Positions 20,795 through 30,090 of a stretch of DNA of 64,000 nucleotides are shown here, piece after piece (the stretch's first letter is position 1; each line of letters starts with the position of its first letter). The stretch comes from Candidatus Woesearchaeota archaeon. Lineage in GTDB: Archaea > Nanobdellota > Nanobdellia > Pacearchaeales > UBA284. The stretch is taken from assembly GCA_964354405.1 (NCBI GenBank), contig CAYGZP010000002.1, positions 71,671-135,670 of the forward strand, given 5' to 3'. Made by a program: the position numbers and the translations under genes. The notes below the pieces were generated by a model. It was not told where the DNA came from and searched no databases. It saw only the letters and a list, made by a program, of their open reading frames with translations.

Positions 20795-20814
20795 TTATGA
20801 ATATATATTCATAA
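20795..20814. promoter_or_regulatory. perfect 20-bp palindrome, candidate DUF134 operator
   Basis: TTATGAATATATATTCATAA lies between a TATA-like element (about 20818-20826) and the DUF134 gene. Confidence 0.7.
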
Positions 20815-20909
20815 CCATATTTAAATATTTCTATCTTGTCACTATTCTGTTTTTGATATAACTTTCTGAGCACAATAATCTTTTTTAGGGGTAGAAAAAT
20901 AATAGGGCC

Positions 20910-21635
20910 ATGGTTGAGGGATTTAGCGAAGCACATTTAGAATTTATTCAACATTTAAAACCACAATTAGTTGAGCACGACTACATTGTTCCACTAAAAA
21001 ATTTTGATGAGTTGCATAGAATACTTTCTCATTTATCTTGCGGTGCGCGCAAATTATCAAATGAAGAATATGGTTATTTTGGTGCTCGTAATTTATACAG
21101 TACTCTACGATTTTGTAAATTTTGTCCAGTTGAAGATTTACCAACGCTCTATGCTGGAACAAGCAGCGAGGGTCTCGGGGCTTTTATAGGTTTCCCAAAA
21201 GAAATTTATCAAATAACTACTTCTATTGGTGTAGAATTCGGCAAGGCAGAAGAAATGCTTCGCGCCTATTTAAATACATGGCATAAAATTTTAGAAAATA
21301 AATCTCTTGAATTATTGTCAGATTCAGAAAATGAACATTTTCCAACTCGTAGCATTGCTAATAACAGCCCGATTAATGAGATGTTCTTTTCATTCTGGGA
21401 TCTTTTGTTTGATTTAGAAGAAGTTGTAAAAAAGAAAGAAGAACATCCACATGGTGATAAGTATAAGTATAAATTTAAGATTTGTTCAGATCATAACAAT
21501 GAAGATTCTTTGTCGCAATTAAGACCTATATACATAGAAATGACAAGAGGGCGCTTTAAGAAGTATGATTTAGCTCTTCAAGAGGGGGATATAGAAATTA
21601 TTTTTAGTAAAAAGAAAATTTTTAGTTTAGATTAA
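20910..21635 (+). CDS. hypothetical protein (241 aa)
   Basis: AT-rich ORF, no motif recognised. Confidence 0.6.
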   Translation: MVEGFSEAHLEFIQHLKPQLVEHDYIVPLKNFDELHRILSHLSCGARKLSNEEYGYFGARNLYSTLRFCKFCPVEDLPTLYAGTSSEGLGAFIGFPKEIYQITTSIGVEFGKAEEMLRAYLNTWHKILENKSLELLSDSENEHFPTRSIANNSPINEMFFSFWDLLFDLEEVVKKKEEHPHGDKYKYKFKICSDHNNEDSLSQLRPIYIEMTRGRFKKYDLALQEGDIEIIFSKKKIFSLD

Positions 21636-21669
21636 TAAGAATTCTTAAAATCAGGACTAACAGAACTAT

Positions 21670-22827
21670 CTAAAGAACAATTTCTATGTCAATCTCATCT
21701 TCGACAGTGTTGCTGTCTTCGTCATATGCTCTTGCCATGATTGTGTGCTCGCCTTCATCAAAATCCTCAGGGTTGTTAAAATCCCATTTCCAAGGATAAT
21801 CTTCATCAGTAAATTGATGATCACCATCAATATAAAATCTTACTTCAGTTATCGCGCTTTCATTGCCTGTAACAGTTGCCTTGACATCAACTCCATCTTC
21901 CCCTATCTCCTCGCCATCATCAGGATCTGTTATCTCAATGCTAAAGTCACTAGGCTCTTCCTCTTCTGCCTCGCATACACAATCGCTGCTGCATGTTTCA
22001 TCTGATGCACAGGTGTTGTTAGTAGACATGTAATCGCATTCTTCCTCTCCGTTGACTTTCCCGTCTCCGCACACAGGAGGGGATATCATAAAACACTTGC
22101 ATGAAACACATATTGCCCCCTCTTCACAGCCGCAAGGCTCTAACTTATGATCGCATTCCTCACCTTCGTCAATTTTAGCATTTCCGCAGCAGCACTTGGG
22201 TTTTGGACAGGCATTGCTCCCACAGATTTTTGTGGCAATAGCATTTATCTGGGCTTGTGTGGGTTTTGCTTTATCACTCCATGTCCTTCCCATAATGTTT
22301 TCGCCGTAAGTTCCGCTGCTCGCGTTATATTCGTCTCCTAACCCCATCATATGGCCTGCTTCATGAGCCGCATCATGGATAGTTCCTTGGACTCCAGGCA
22401 GCGCTTCATTCATATGATTAGACCACCATCCAGAGATATCACCAACTCCGCTCGCTGCAATTCCTCTCATGTATCCTCTATAAATCTTGCCCGAGGCATC
22501 TTTGGCATAATCTGCAGTAACATCAATGCAATGATATCCTGGCGTTGGATTGTTTTCACATAAGCCAGAGATGCTCTTCCACTCAACCTCGACTTTCAAA
22601 GGACATTTACAGTCGCCTAAAGTGTAGCCATTCCATACAGTTTCAATATCATTAACCCAATTATTAATTGTGGTATTATCGCCTCCAGAGAAAGCAATCT
22701 TGATAGTTATCTTTATCTCACAACCAGCTGTCGAACAAGTGGTTTCAGCCATAGCCAGATTCGATAAACTGATAAGAACTACAAATATTCCGATTAACAT
22801 CAATAATTTATATCGTGAATTTTCCAT
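21670..22827 (-). CDS. secreted metzincin-like zinc metalloprotease with Cys-rich repeats and Ig-like domain
   Basis: Signal peptide; HEAGHMMGLGD plus Met-turn NIMG; CGNAKIDEGEECD / CGDGKVNGEEECD repeats; C-terminal Big-like domain. Confidence 0.8.
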   Translation of the reverse strand: MENSRYKLLMLIGIFVVLISLSNLAMAETTCSTAGCEIKITIKIAFSGGDNTTINNWVNDIETVWNGYTLGDCKCPLKVEVEWKSISGLCENNPTPGYHCIDVTADYAKDASGKIYRGYMRGIAASGVGDISGWWSNHMNEALPGVQGTIHDAAHEAGHMMGLGDEYNASSGTYGENIMGRTWSDKAKPTQAQINAIATKICGSNACPKPKCCCGNAKIDEGEECDHKLEPCGCEEGAICVSCKCFMISPPVCGDGKVNGEEECDYMSTNNTCASDETCSSDCVCEAEEEEPSDFSIEITDPDDGEEIGEDGVDVKATVTGNESAITEVRFYIDGDHQFTDEDYPWKWDFNNPEDFDEGEHTIMARAYDEDSNTVEDEIDIEIVL

Positions 22828-23524
22828 TTGTTTTATTCCATTTTAAATTATTTTTATTATTATCCCACCATGCGTTCCACTGAGCTTTGTCAACTCCGAA
22901 AGTTTGATTAGTGTATGCTTGCAAAACCATTGCACAATGCGAGTTGATTTGCATGACAGGTTCGCTTGGTTTTAATATCGCTGTATTCTCCAATTCTGCT
23001 ATCAACACAGGAATCCCATCTTTAGAGCCAAAAGACATAGCTAACTCAGCTGCTGTAACTCGAACATTTACATCAGTGTCAGTCATCGCGTCTTTCAGAT
23101 AGCTTAGAACAGACACAGAACTGTTGTGCCCCACTGCAGATAATCCGACAACAGCTGCATATCTTTCATTGCTGTTGTTGCTGTCGAGCATTTTCACAAG
23201 CGTCGGGACAGCAAACTTCCCAACAGCTGTAAGCGCATCTAAGTTAAGGGTATTGATATTAACTCCGTCATAACCAGAAACAATTGTCACAACAGCAGCC
23301 TTGCTCTCATTAGTCTCTGCTGTTGGAACAAATCTCATAAATATGTTAAATAAAGAACTCATGTCAAAAGATTTTATTGAAGGTATTAAAAAGTATACCC
23401 CTACGCCAAGGCCGATCACAACAATAACTCCTATAATGATAAACAAAAGTTTCTTGCTAAAATGAAACCCCCCCTTATACTTGCCGCTTACCTCCTTGTC
23501 TTTGTGATGATTAATATCTCTCAT
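22808..23524 (-). CDS. membrane-anchored HEAT-repeat protein
   Basis: N-terminal TM helix; AVPTLVKML..ERYAAVVGL and D.DVNVRVTAA HEAT-like repeats; W..WW tail. Confidence 0.7.
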   Translation of the reverse strand: MRDINHHKDKEVSGKYKGGFHFSKKLLFIIIGVIVVIGLGVGVYFLIPSIKSFDMSSLFNIFMRFVPTAETNESKAAVVTIVSGYDGVNINTLNLDALTAVGKFAVPTLVKMLDSNNSNERYAAVVGLSAVGHNSSVSVLSYLKDAMTDTDVNVRVTAAELAMSFGSKDGIPVLIAELENTAILKPSEPVMQINSHCAMVLQAYTNQTFGVDKAQWNAWWDNNKNNLKWNKTNGKFTI

Positions 23525-23598
23525 GCTTGTTATGCCTCGTTTTTCTTACTACTTTTTGTTTTCGGTGCTTTTTATATTTTATTATTTTTCCTTTCTAC

Positions 23599-24180
23599 TC
23601 ACTTTTTGATTAATTTCAGTATCTTGTCAACTTGTTTCTGAGTTTCTTGAAGCGAGCTGCCATTATCTATCTTGAAATCAGCCATCTTGAAAGTTTTGTG
23701 GAAGTTAAATGTCGCTGATTCTATCGCCTCCTGATGCAAAAATTGCTCATAAGTTTCGCTGTCTCCTTTCCTTCCTCGCTTCCTCGCGCGCATGAATCTC
23801 ACAAATGGCTCTGCATCAACCATAATAATCTTGGCCCCGAGCTTTTTCTTGGCAAGTTCAATATCTATGGTTGTTCTCAAGCCGTCGACAACAACATTTT
23901 TCATTGACATGTGATCCTTGGTTTTTATCTCAGCAATTGCTTTATTTACAAGATAATCCTCGCCATATCGAGCTCGAAGCTCATGCTGTAATTTTCTTAA
24001 GTTATCTCGAGTAGGTTTGATTTCCCTTTTTCTTGCTTCCGCGCGTAGAAAGTTGCTCATGACAATTTTCTTGAAATGATATTTCTTTACAAGATGATTA
24101 GAAACAGAATCTTTTCCAGAAGCGATAGTTCCGATAACTCCTATGACAAACGGCTTGAATCCTAACTTTTGTAACACCAT
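23599..24180 (-). CDS. dephospho-CoA kinase-like P-loop nucleotide kinase
   Basis: GTIASGKD P-loop, VVDGLR, R.R..R lid, AD..IDN. Confidence 0.8.
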   Translation of the reverse strand: MVLQKLGFKPFVIGVIGTIASGKDSVSNHLVKKYHFKKIVMSNFLRAEARKREIKPTRDNLRKLQHELRARYGEDYLVNKAIAEIKTKDHMSMKNVVVDGLRTTIDIELAKKKLGAKIIMVDAEPFVRFMRARKRGRKGDSETYEQFLHQEAIESATFNFHKTFKMADFKIDNGSSLQETQKQVDKILKLIKK

Positions 24181-24308
24181 CTTACCTCTTTTACTGATTA
24201 TCTACGAGAAAGAGATTTAAAAGGTTTTTGAATATATCCTTTAAAAAAATAGTTTTGCATGATATAAATGTTTAAAATAATAAACAACAATGAACTAAAG
24301 GAGTTAAG

Positions 24309-24590
24309 ATGAGCGAAGAATTTGAAAAAAAACTAAATGAGTTGTATGGAGAAACTTTCAGAGATACTGGAGAGAGGTTTACAGTATATTGCAACAACGC
24401 AGACAAACACGGGCATCCATTAGGTGGAACTGAAATGAGAAGAGTTGATTCTACATTGACTAGCAGAGGAGGTTTAGACGAGCCTATTTTTATATATAAT
24501 TATCACTGTGATTGTGGTGCTAAAGCGACAGTGATTTATCGATGCGATGGTGCTAAAGCGACAGTGATTATAGAAAGTTACAAGAAATAA
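24309..24590 (+). CDS. hypothetical protein, possible Zn-binding, internal duplication
   Basis: SD-like GGAG; C..H and CDCG; GAKATVI occurs twice. Confidence 0.55.
   Translation: MSEEFEKKLNELYGETFRDTGERFTVYCNNADKHGHPLGGTEMRRVDSTLTSRGGLDEPIFIYNYHCDCGAKATVIYRCDGAKATVIIESYKK
24515..24569 (+). repeat. 22-bp direct repeat, period 33 bp
   Basis: TGGTGCTAAAGCGACAGTGATT at 24515-24536 and 24548-24569. Confidence 0.9.
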
Positions 24591-24651
24591 AAAAATTAAA
24601 GTTGCAAGGCGGCGCGAAAAGATTAAATAATAGTTTTTTTCTATTAGAATT

Positions 24652-25056
24652 ATGGAATCTGAAGAAGAGTTTAATAAAAGGTTTTTCAAAGAAGGTGTTG
24701 CAGTTCGTTCCATTGATGAATGGGGCACTCATTTTTTTGTAAGAGTCACCAAAGATAGTATAGAGCTTTATGAACCAACTGAAATACATATTCAGAGAAA
24801 GGACCTTAAATCACAAAGATTGGAATATCTTGCTTTTGATTTAGAATATGATCACAATTCGATTAAAAATACTATTAATTCTTCATTTTTTTATTCTTCA
24901 CGTGAAAAATATCGGAATTATCTAAAAGAAAAAATTCAACATACTAGAAACGCTGCCACAAAACTAGCTCATGAAATATTAAACTTATATGGTGATGGTT
25001 GTGGTGGGGAAGACTGCGGAAGTTGTGGGGAGTATAGTTTTTGTAGCACGATTTAA
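24652..25056 (+). CDS. hypothetical protein with Cys-rich C-terminus
   Basis: ORF ends CGGEDCGSCGEYSFC. Confidence 0.55.
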   Translation: MESEEEFNKRFFKEGVAVRSIDEWGTHFFVRVTKDSIELYEPTEIHIQRKDLKSQRLEYLAFDLEYDHNSIKNTINSSFFYSSREKYRNYLKEKIQHTRNAATKLAHEILNLYGDGCGGEDCGSCGEYSFCSTI

Positions 25057-25091
25057 ACGCCATCGAGCAATTAATCTAAATTGAGATTATC

Positions 25092-27278
25092 TTATTGTCC
25101 AGCTGCCAATCCTTTTCTTTCTCTTATTTGTCTGATGATTTTTTCCTGGAGTTCTTTTGGCACAGGCTCGAAGCTCTGGTCAATTAAAAAGAATGTGGCT
25201 CGGCCTTCTGTCGCGCCTCTCAAATCATTGCTCAATCCAAACATCTCGCTGACTGGCATCTTTGCCTCTATCTTCACATGGTCTTCTTCCTGCTCGACAT
25301 TAAACAATTGTCCTCGCTTGCTCTGGATTATTCCATTTATGTCAGCCATAAAATTAAGCGGGCCTTCGAATCTCAAAATCTGCAATGGCTCAAATAGAAT
25401 AGGTCTCGCGTCAAACATGCACGCTTTTACAGCGTCGCGGACAGCAGGGAGGACCTGAGCAGGCCCCCTATGAATAGCATCTTCATGAAGCTTACAGTCC
25501 ATTAATGAGACTTTGAGCTTAGTACAAGGCTCTCGCGCTAATGGCCCTTGATCAACGACTTGCTCAAAACCATCCATGATAAGTTCGATGACTTCTCCTA
25601 TGGCAACAATTCCTCTTGTCTTGTCCAAGAGAACGCAGTCTTTGTAAATCTCTCTGTACTGCTTGGCCTCGTCATTGCTAATCCCAAATGAAACCAGAGT
25701 TTTGACAAGTGTATCATCTTTTTTCTTGATTCTTTTTTCTGCAAGATTGCCTGAGCGCAAAGCATTGTAAACCGCGTCTTCAAGAGGCTCGACAATTAGA
25801 TAAAAAACATTGTGCTTGTTCGGACTTCTTCCCTCTAGTTCTCTAGAAGCCTTGGTGATTGTCTCTCGATAAACAACAATTGGTTCAGATGTATTAATCT
25901 CCACGTTTTTTTCAGTCTTGATTCTGTTAGCAATAATCTCCAAATGCAGCTCGCCCATGCCAGAAAGCAAATGCTGTCCTGTTTCCTCATTAATCTGAAC
26001 TTTAATTGAGGGATCTTCCTTGCCGACTTGTTTCAAGACACTAATTAACTTCGGCAAATCCTGAGGTTTCTTAGCCTCGATAGCCTGGGTGACAACAGGC
26101 TCGAACAAATGAGTTATCTCTTCAAAAGCCTGCTCGGGTTCAGTAGTCAAAGTCTCGCTGGCATTGCTCTCAATTCCTCCGACAGCCAAAACATTTCCAG
26201 CAGGAATCTCTTCCATCTGTTCTGTCTTGATTCCGTCGTAGATGAAAACCTGCTGGACCTTTTGTCTTGCCTTTGCATTATTCAGATAAACCTCCATGCC
26301 CGCGCGTATCGTTCCTGAGAATAATCTTCCGATCGAGAGTTCCTTGCCTGTTCTCTGATCAACAATAATTCTTGTGATAATAAAAGCAACTTTTCCTTGG
26401 GCATTGCAATTCAAAAGATCCTTGCCCAGCTCGCTCTCAAGTTCGCCATGCCATATCTTAGGGATTCTGTATTTTTGCGCCTCGAGCGGCGAGGGATGAT
26501 GCTTAATAACCATATCAAGAATTACTTCGTATAAAGGAGCATTTTTCCAAACCCAGTCATTCCTTTCTTTCTCACCCATTTCATAAATTTTGCTGATATC
26601 CTTGAACGAGACGCTTTTCTTCTGCATAAAAGGCAATGACAAAGCCCAATTATCTCGCGCACTTCCAAAAGCAACCGACCCATCAGCAATATTGACTTGC
26701 CATTTTTGTTTATACTCGGGCTCGGCGATTCTTTCAATAAGGCTGTTAAAATTCGCGATGATTTTAACAATTCTTTGCTGCATCTGTTCAGGCGATAGTT
26801 TTAACTCTTTGATGAGCCTATCAAACTTATTGATGAACAGTGTTGGCTTGACTCGTTCTTTCAAAGCTTGTTTTATAACAGTCTCTGTCTGCGGCATTAT
26901 TCCTTCGCTCGCGCACACAAGGACAATTGTCCCATCAACAGCTCTCATAGCTCTTGTTACATTTCCAGAAAAATCAATATGCCCCGGAGTGTCAATCAGA
27001 TTAATCAGATACTCTTGACCTTGGAACTCGTGAGCCATTGAAACATTTGCAGCATCGACAGTCAATAATCTTGTTTGCTCATCTTCATGCTGCCATGTCA
27101 TCATTCCCTTGTCCAAATCTCCTGCGCTCATCTCTGACATCAATCCTGCTGCCGCGAGAAGGTTATCAGTCATCGCTGTCTTGCCATGATGTATATGGGC
27201 AGAAGTGCAGACATTTCTAATATTAGCCGGCTTAGTAATAATCCTCTTAAATTTGTCAATCCTTGATTCCTTTGCCAT
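25092..27278 (-). CDS. fusA: translation elongation factor aEF-2
   Basis: AHIHHGKT, DTPGH, NKFD, GMGELHLE, diphthamide loop HEDAIHRGPAQ. Confidence 0.97.
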   Translation of the reverse strand: MAKESRIDKFKRIITKPANIRNVCTSAHIHHGKTAMTDNLLAAAGLMSEMSAGDLDKGMMTWQHEDEQTRLLTVDAANVSMAHEFQGQEYLINLIDTPGHIDFSGNVTRAMRAVDGTIVLVCASEGIMPQTETVIKQALKERVKPTLFINKFDRLIKELKLSPEQMQQRIVKIIANFNSLIERIAEPEYKQKWQVNIADGSVAFGSARDNWALSLPFMQKKSVSFKDISKIYEMGEKERNDWVWKNAPLYEVILDMVIKHHPSPLEAQKYRIPKIWHGELESELGKDLLNCNAQGKVAFIITRIIVDQRTGKELSIGRLFSGTIRAGMEVYLNNAKARQKVQQVFIYDGIKTEQMEEIPAGNVLAVGGIESNASETLTTEPEQAFEEITHLFEPVVTQAIEAKKPQDLPKLISVLKQVGKEDPSIKVQINEETGQHLLSGMGELHLEIIANRIKTEKNVEINTSEPIVVYRETITKASRELEGRSPNKHNVFYLIVEPLEDAVYNALRSGNLAEKRIKKKDDTLVKTLVSFGISNDEAKQYREIYKDCVLLDKTRGIVAIGEVIELIMDGFEQVVDQGPLAREPCTKLKVSLMDCKLHEDAIHRGPAQVLPAVRDAVKACMFDARPILFEPLQILRFEGPLNFMADINGIIQSKRGQLFNVEQEEDHVKIEAKMPVSEMFGLSNDLRGATEGRATFFLIDQSFEPVPKELQEKIIRQIRERKGLAAGQ

Positions 27279-27296
27279 TTTTTTATTTCCTTCTTT

Positions 27297-27623
27297 TTAT
27301 CGTTTCCTGAAAACCATTTTTTTAGGACTGCAAATCATCACAAAAATATCCTTCTTTTTTGTCAAATAAGTCATAACTGACCTTAATCTCTCATATCCCT
27401 CGGCAATCAAGTTTGATTTATCTATAGATTTGTCCTCAGCTGAAACTCCTTCTTCATATAAGTGTTTATTGATGGAATATTTAGTCCAAACCAAATTTCC
27501 CTTTCCCTCATATCTTACATCCTTGACTTCTACTTCAACATATTCCTCTTTTTCCAAGAGTTTTAAGATAGTTTGGTCTAAAAAATCGATGGTTTTTGTT
27601 TCTTCTTTCTTCATTTTCGCCAT
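27297..27623 (-). CDS. hypothetical protein (108 aa)
   Basis: ORF directly upstream of and co-oriented with EF-2. Confidence 0.55.
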   Translation of the reverse strand: MAKMKKEETKTIDFLDQTILKLLEKEEYVEVEVKDVRYEGKGNLVWTKYSINKHLYEEGVSAEDKSIDKSNLIAEGYERLRSVMTYLTKKKDIFVMICSPKKMVFRKR

Positions 27624-27710
27624 TTAACATCTATCAAAGGAGCATTTTTAAAAGTTTTCTTTATCTAACGCTACAATAATATTTTTAAAGGCATATCGAT
27701 AAGATAAAAA

Positions 27711-28358
27711 ATGGAAAAATTAAAGAATATTATCTTGGCAGGTTGCTTTTTGTGCTCCAGTCTTTTTTCTAAAGAATTAGTCGACAGTTTATCATATAAG
27801 TTTAACATCTTGTGTTTTGATGGCAAATGTACTCTAAAAATCTATGATTTAGGCAATAACATCCTTGAGCTGTATAGCAAGATAGAGCCGCGAGGACTGC
27901 TAAGCACAATTATTCCAGTAATAACCAAATTTGAGTGCAGGACAGAAATGCAGAAAGAGCAGAGCATTTATACTGAAAGTGGCAGTAAGAATATCTATTA
28001 TTTTAATGCAGGCAGTAAAAGGAAAGACATCCTGTCCGCGGTTCATGGTTTCTTAGAATACTGCCGGGGCGACAGCCTTGAAAAGCATCCCATTTTCAGT
28101 GAGAATTCTTTGGAAGTGTTTGTTAAAAATAAGAATAGTATAGTCAAAAACGCAATCTTAGAAGATTATCTATTGTATTACAATAATGAGGTTGTCCAAA
28201 CCAAAAAAGTCACGATAAAAAACTGTCCGGATAACAAGACAGATATTTATCTCTATATTTTTGAGGGCAAAGTCATCCGTGCAGACATGACTGTAAGCAC
28301 CATTTTTGGGACTCCAACTCTAACAGCAATACCCATAGAACCCGAAGAGAAAAAATAG
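27711..28358 (+). CDS. secreted beta-rich hypothetical protein (DUF3108-like pattern)
   Basis: Signal peptide; LSYKF..G...L.I, DILSA and alternating beta-strand pattern. Confidence 0.55.
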   Translation: MEKLKNIILAGCFLCSSLFSKELVDSLSYKFNILCFDGKCTLKIYDLGNNILELYSKIEPRGLLSTIIPVITKFECRTEMQKEQSIYTESGSKNIYYFNAGSKRKDILSAVHGFLEYCRGDSLEKHPIFSENSLEVFVKNKNSIVKNAILEDYLLYYNNEVVQTKKVTIKNCPDNKTDIYLYIFEGKVIRADMTVSTIFGTPTLTAIPIEPEEKK

Positions 28359-28367
28359 CTAACGCGC

Positions 28368-28964
28368 TTACCTCGCCGAGTCTGCTTGCTTTTCTGTCTC
28401 GATTTTCTTTGTAACTGCAAAACTTTCATTGCTTCTCTGGCTGGCGAGTATAATCTCGTTAGCAAGAGTCTCTTGAATTTTCTTTTTCTTGCCGAATGAC
28501 TTGTCATGCGCGCCATGAATCATATTTCTTAATGCAAGATTAACCCGTCGCAAAGGAGAAATATCAACAGCCTGGGGATATCTCGCTCCACCATATTCGA
28601 TAGTTGTGATTTCGTCGCGAGGCGAAGCATTCTCAATCGCCCTCACAAGAATCTGCACAGGATTTTCTTTAGTTTTCTCGCCGATAAGTTTGAGTGTGTC
28701 AAGAACAATATTCGCGCCTTGCGTATACTTGCCCGAGACTTTTGTCATAATCTTGTGTTTCTTTCCCCTATGCCCAGGAACTGCCAATTCATTGATGAGC
28801 CTTTCAACAATGTTGACTTTTGCCTTGCCAAATTTTTCAACATGTCTCCCTTTTGACTTTAACAGCAATCTCGCATCCAAATTGATATATTTCCTCAATG
28901 CAGGATCTTCCACTCGAATTTCAGAAACATCATAAACATCAAACAGTTTCATATTATCCCCCAT
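28368..28964 (-). CDS. rps7: 30S ribosomal protein S7
   Basis: ENPVQILVRAIENASPR, YGG..YPQAVD.SPLRR, K..E..A.SAR. Confidence 0.97.
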   Translation of the reverse strand: MGDNMKLFDVYDVSEIRVEDPALRKYINLDARLLLKSKGRHVEKFGKAKVNIVERLINELAVPGHRGKKHKIMTKVSGKYTQGANIVLDTLKLIGEKTKENPVQILVRAIENASPRDEITTIEYGGARYPQAVDISPLRRVNLALRNMIHGAHDKSFGKKKKIQETLANEIILASQRSNESFAVTKKIETEKQADSAR

Positions 28965-29386
28965 TATCTCCTACCCTTCTCTATCTTTCCATGAACAAGC
29001 ATCGAAAGGGGCTGGTCATTTACTTTTATTACCTGATAACGAACACAAGGAATATCGCCTTTGGCTCTTCCCTGTTTTCCGCCGATACTTTCAATCAGGA
29101 CTTCATCGTGCTCGTCGATAAACTTCTGTGCCAAATTGCCGGGAAGAAAGGCAGTAACCTGCCTGTTATTCTTGATAAGCTGAACTCTAACGCACTTTCT
29201 CATTGCTGAATTTGGCTGCTTAGCCTCCATTTGAACTTTTTCAAGGACAATTCCCTTGGCTTGAGCAGCTCCCTCAAGAGGATCTGATTTTTCCTTTAAG
29301 TGTAAAAGTCTTTTCTTGTAATTCCAAATACTCCAACGCGCGCTTTGGCGCTTTTTCTTCAATTTTCTTCCACTCATTAATCCCAT
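28964..29386 (-). CDS. rps12: 30S ribosomal protein S12
   Basis: [24 protein letters not shown]. Confidence 0.97.
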   Translation of the reverse strand: MGLMSGRKLKKKRQSARWSIWNYKKRLLHLKEKSDPLEGAAQAKGIVLEKVQMEAKQPNSAMRKCVRVQLIKNNRQVTAFLPGNLAQKFIDEHDEVLIESIGGKQGRAKGDIPCVRYQVIKVNDQPLSMLVHGKIEKGRR

Positions 29387-29454
29387 TTTCCAAGTTCCTT
29401 AGCAAAGTAAATGTCCATAACTAACTTTATAAATGTTTTTCTCCTATTAGCGAT

Positions 29455-29874
29455 ATGACAACAATTCATTATGAAAATGCCGAGGACATCAAGAGAAAAA
29501 TTGAATTAATTGTCCGAATTCTCGATATGAAACATGTCAATCCATCTCGAGTCTATTGTATCAGGAGCCATGGCTCGAGTTCTCGAGGAATAATCGCGAG
29601 ATGTCATTCGCTGCCAAAAATCATGCAGCAAGTTCTCGCGATAGAGCCCGCATACATAATTGAGGTTATCAGCGAGAGTTTTGACAAGCAAAAGGAAGAA
29701 GAACAAGTCAAAACTTTAATTCATGAACTCATGCACATCCCAAAAACATTCGGCGGAGGATTCTTGCATCACAATGTTGTGACTCGAACAAAAATAGACA
29801 GACTTTACAACAAATTCCGCCAGTTCCAAAGTTCGTCGCTGTCAAGTAAAAATATCGTCGAGCAAAAGATTTAA
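29455..29874 (+). CDS. putative HExxH metallopeptidase (phage metallopeptidase-like)
   Basis: RS.GS..IARC, YIIEVISE.F, LIHELMHIP..FGGG. Confidence 0.75.
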   Translation: MTTIHYENAEDIKRKIELIVRILDMKHVNPSRVYCIRSHGSSSRGIIARCHSLPKIMQQVLAIEPAYIIEVISESFDKQKEEEQVKTLIHELMHIPKTFGGGFLHHNVVTRTKIDRLYNKFRQFQSSSLSSKNIVEQKI

Positions 29875-29960
29875 ATATTCGAGAGCATTTGAAATTGCAT
29901 AATAAATGGCTAAGGCTTTATTACATTCACATTAAAGCTATGAAAAGGAGGTAAATCAAA

Positions 29961-30086
29961 ATGGGAAAAGTTCTCGTAAGAGGCGTAGTTAAAAGAAAGA
30001 AAGGTTATCTTTACTATGTTGACGGAAAAGGAAACGTCTGCGAAGCAAAGATGGCACGCGGCGGACGAAAGAAGAAAAAGAGATAA
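29961..30086 (+). CDS. 41-aa basic protein, not in ORF track
   Basis: GGAGGT SD; MGKVLVRGVVKRKKGYLYYVDGKGNVCEAKMARGGRKKKKR*; T-tract follows the stop. Confidence 0.8.
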   Translation: MGKVLVRGVVKRKKGYLYYVDGKGNVCEAKMARGGRKKKKR

Positions 30087-30090
30087 AACT

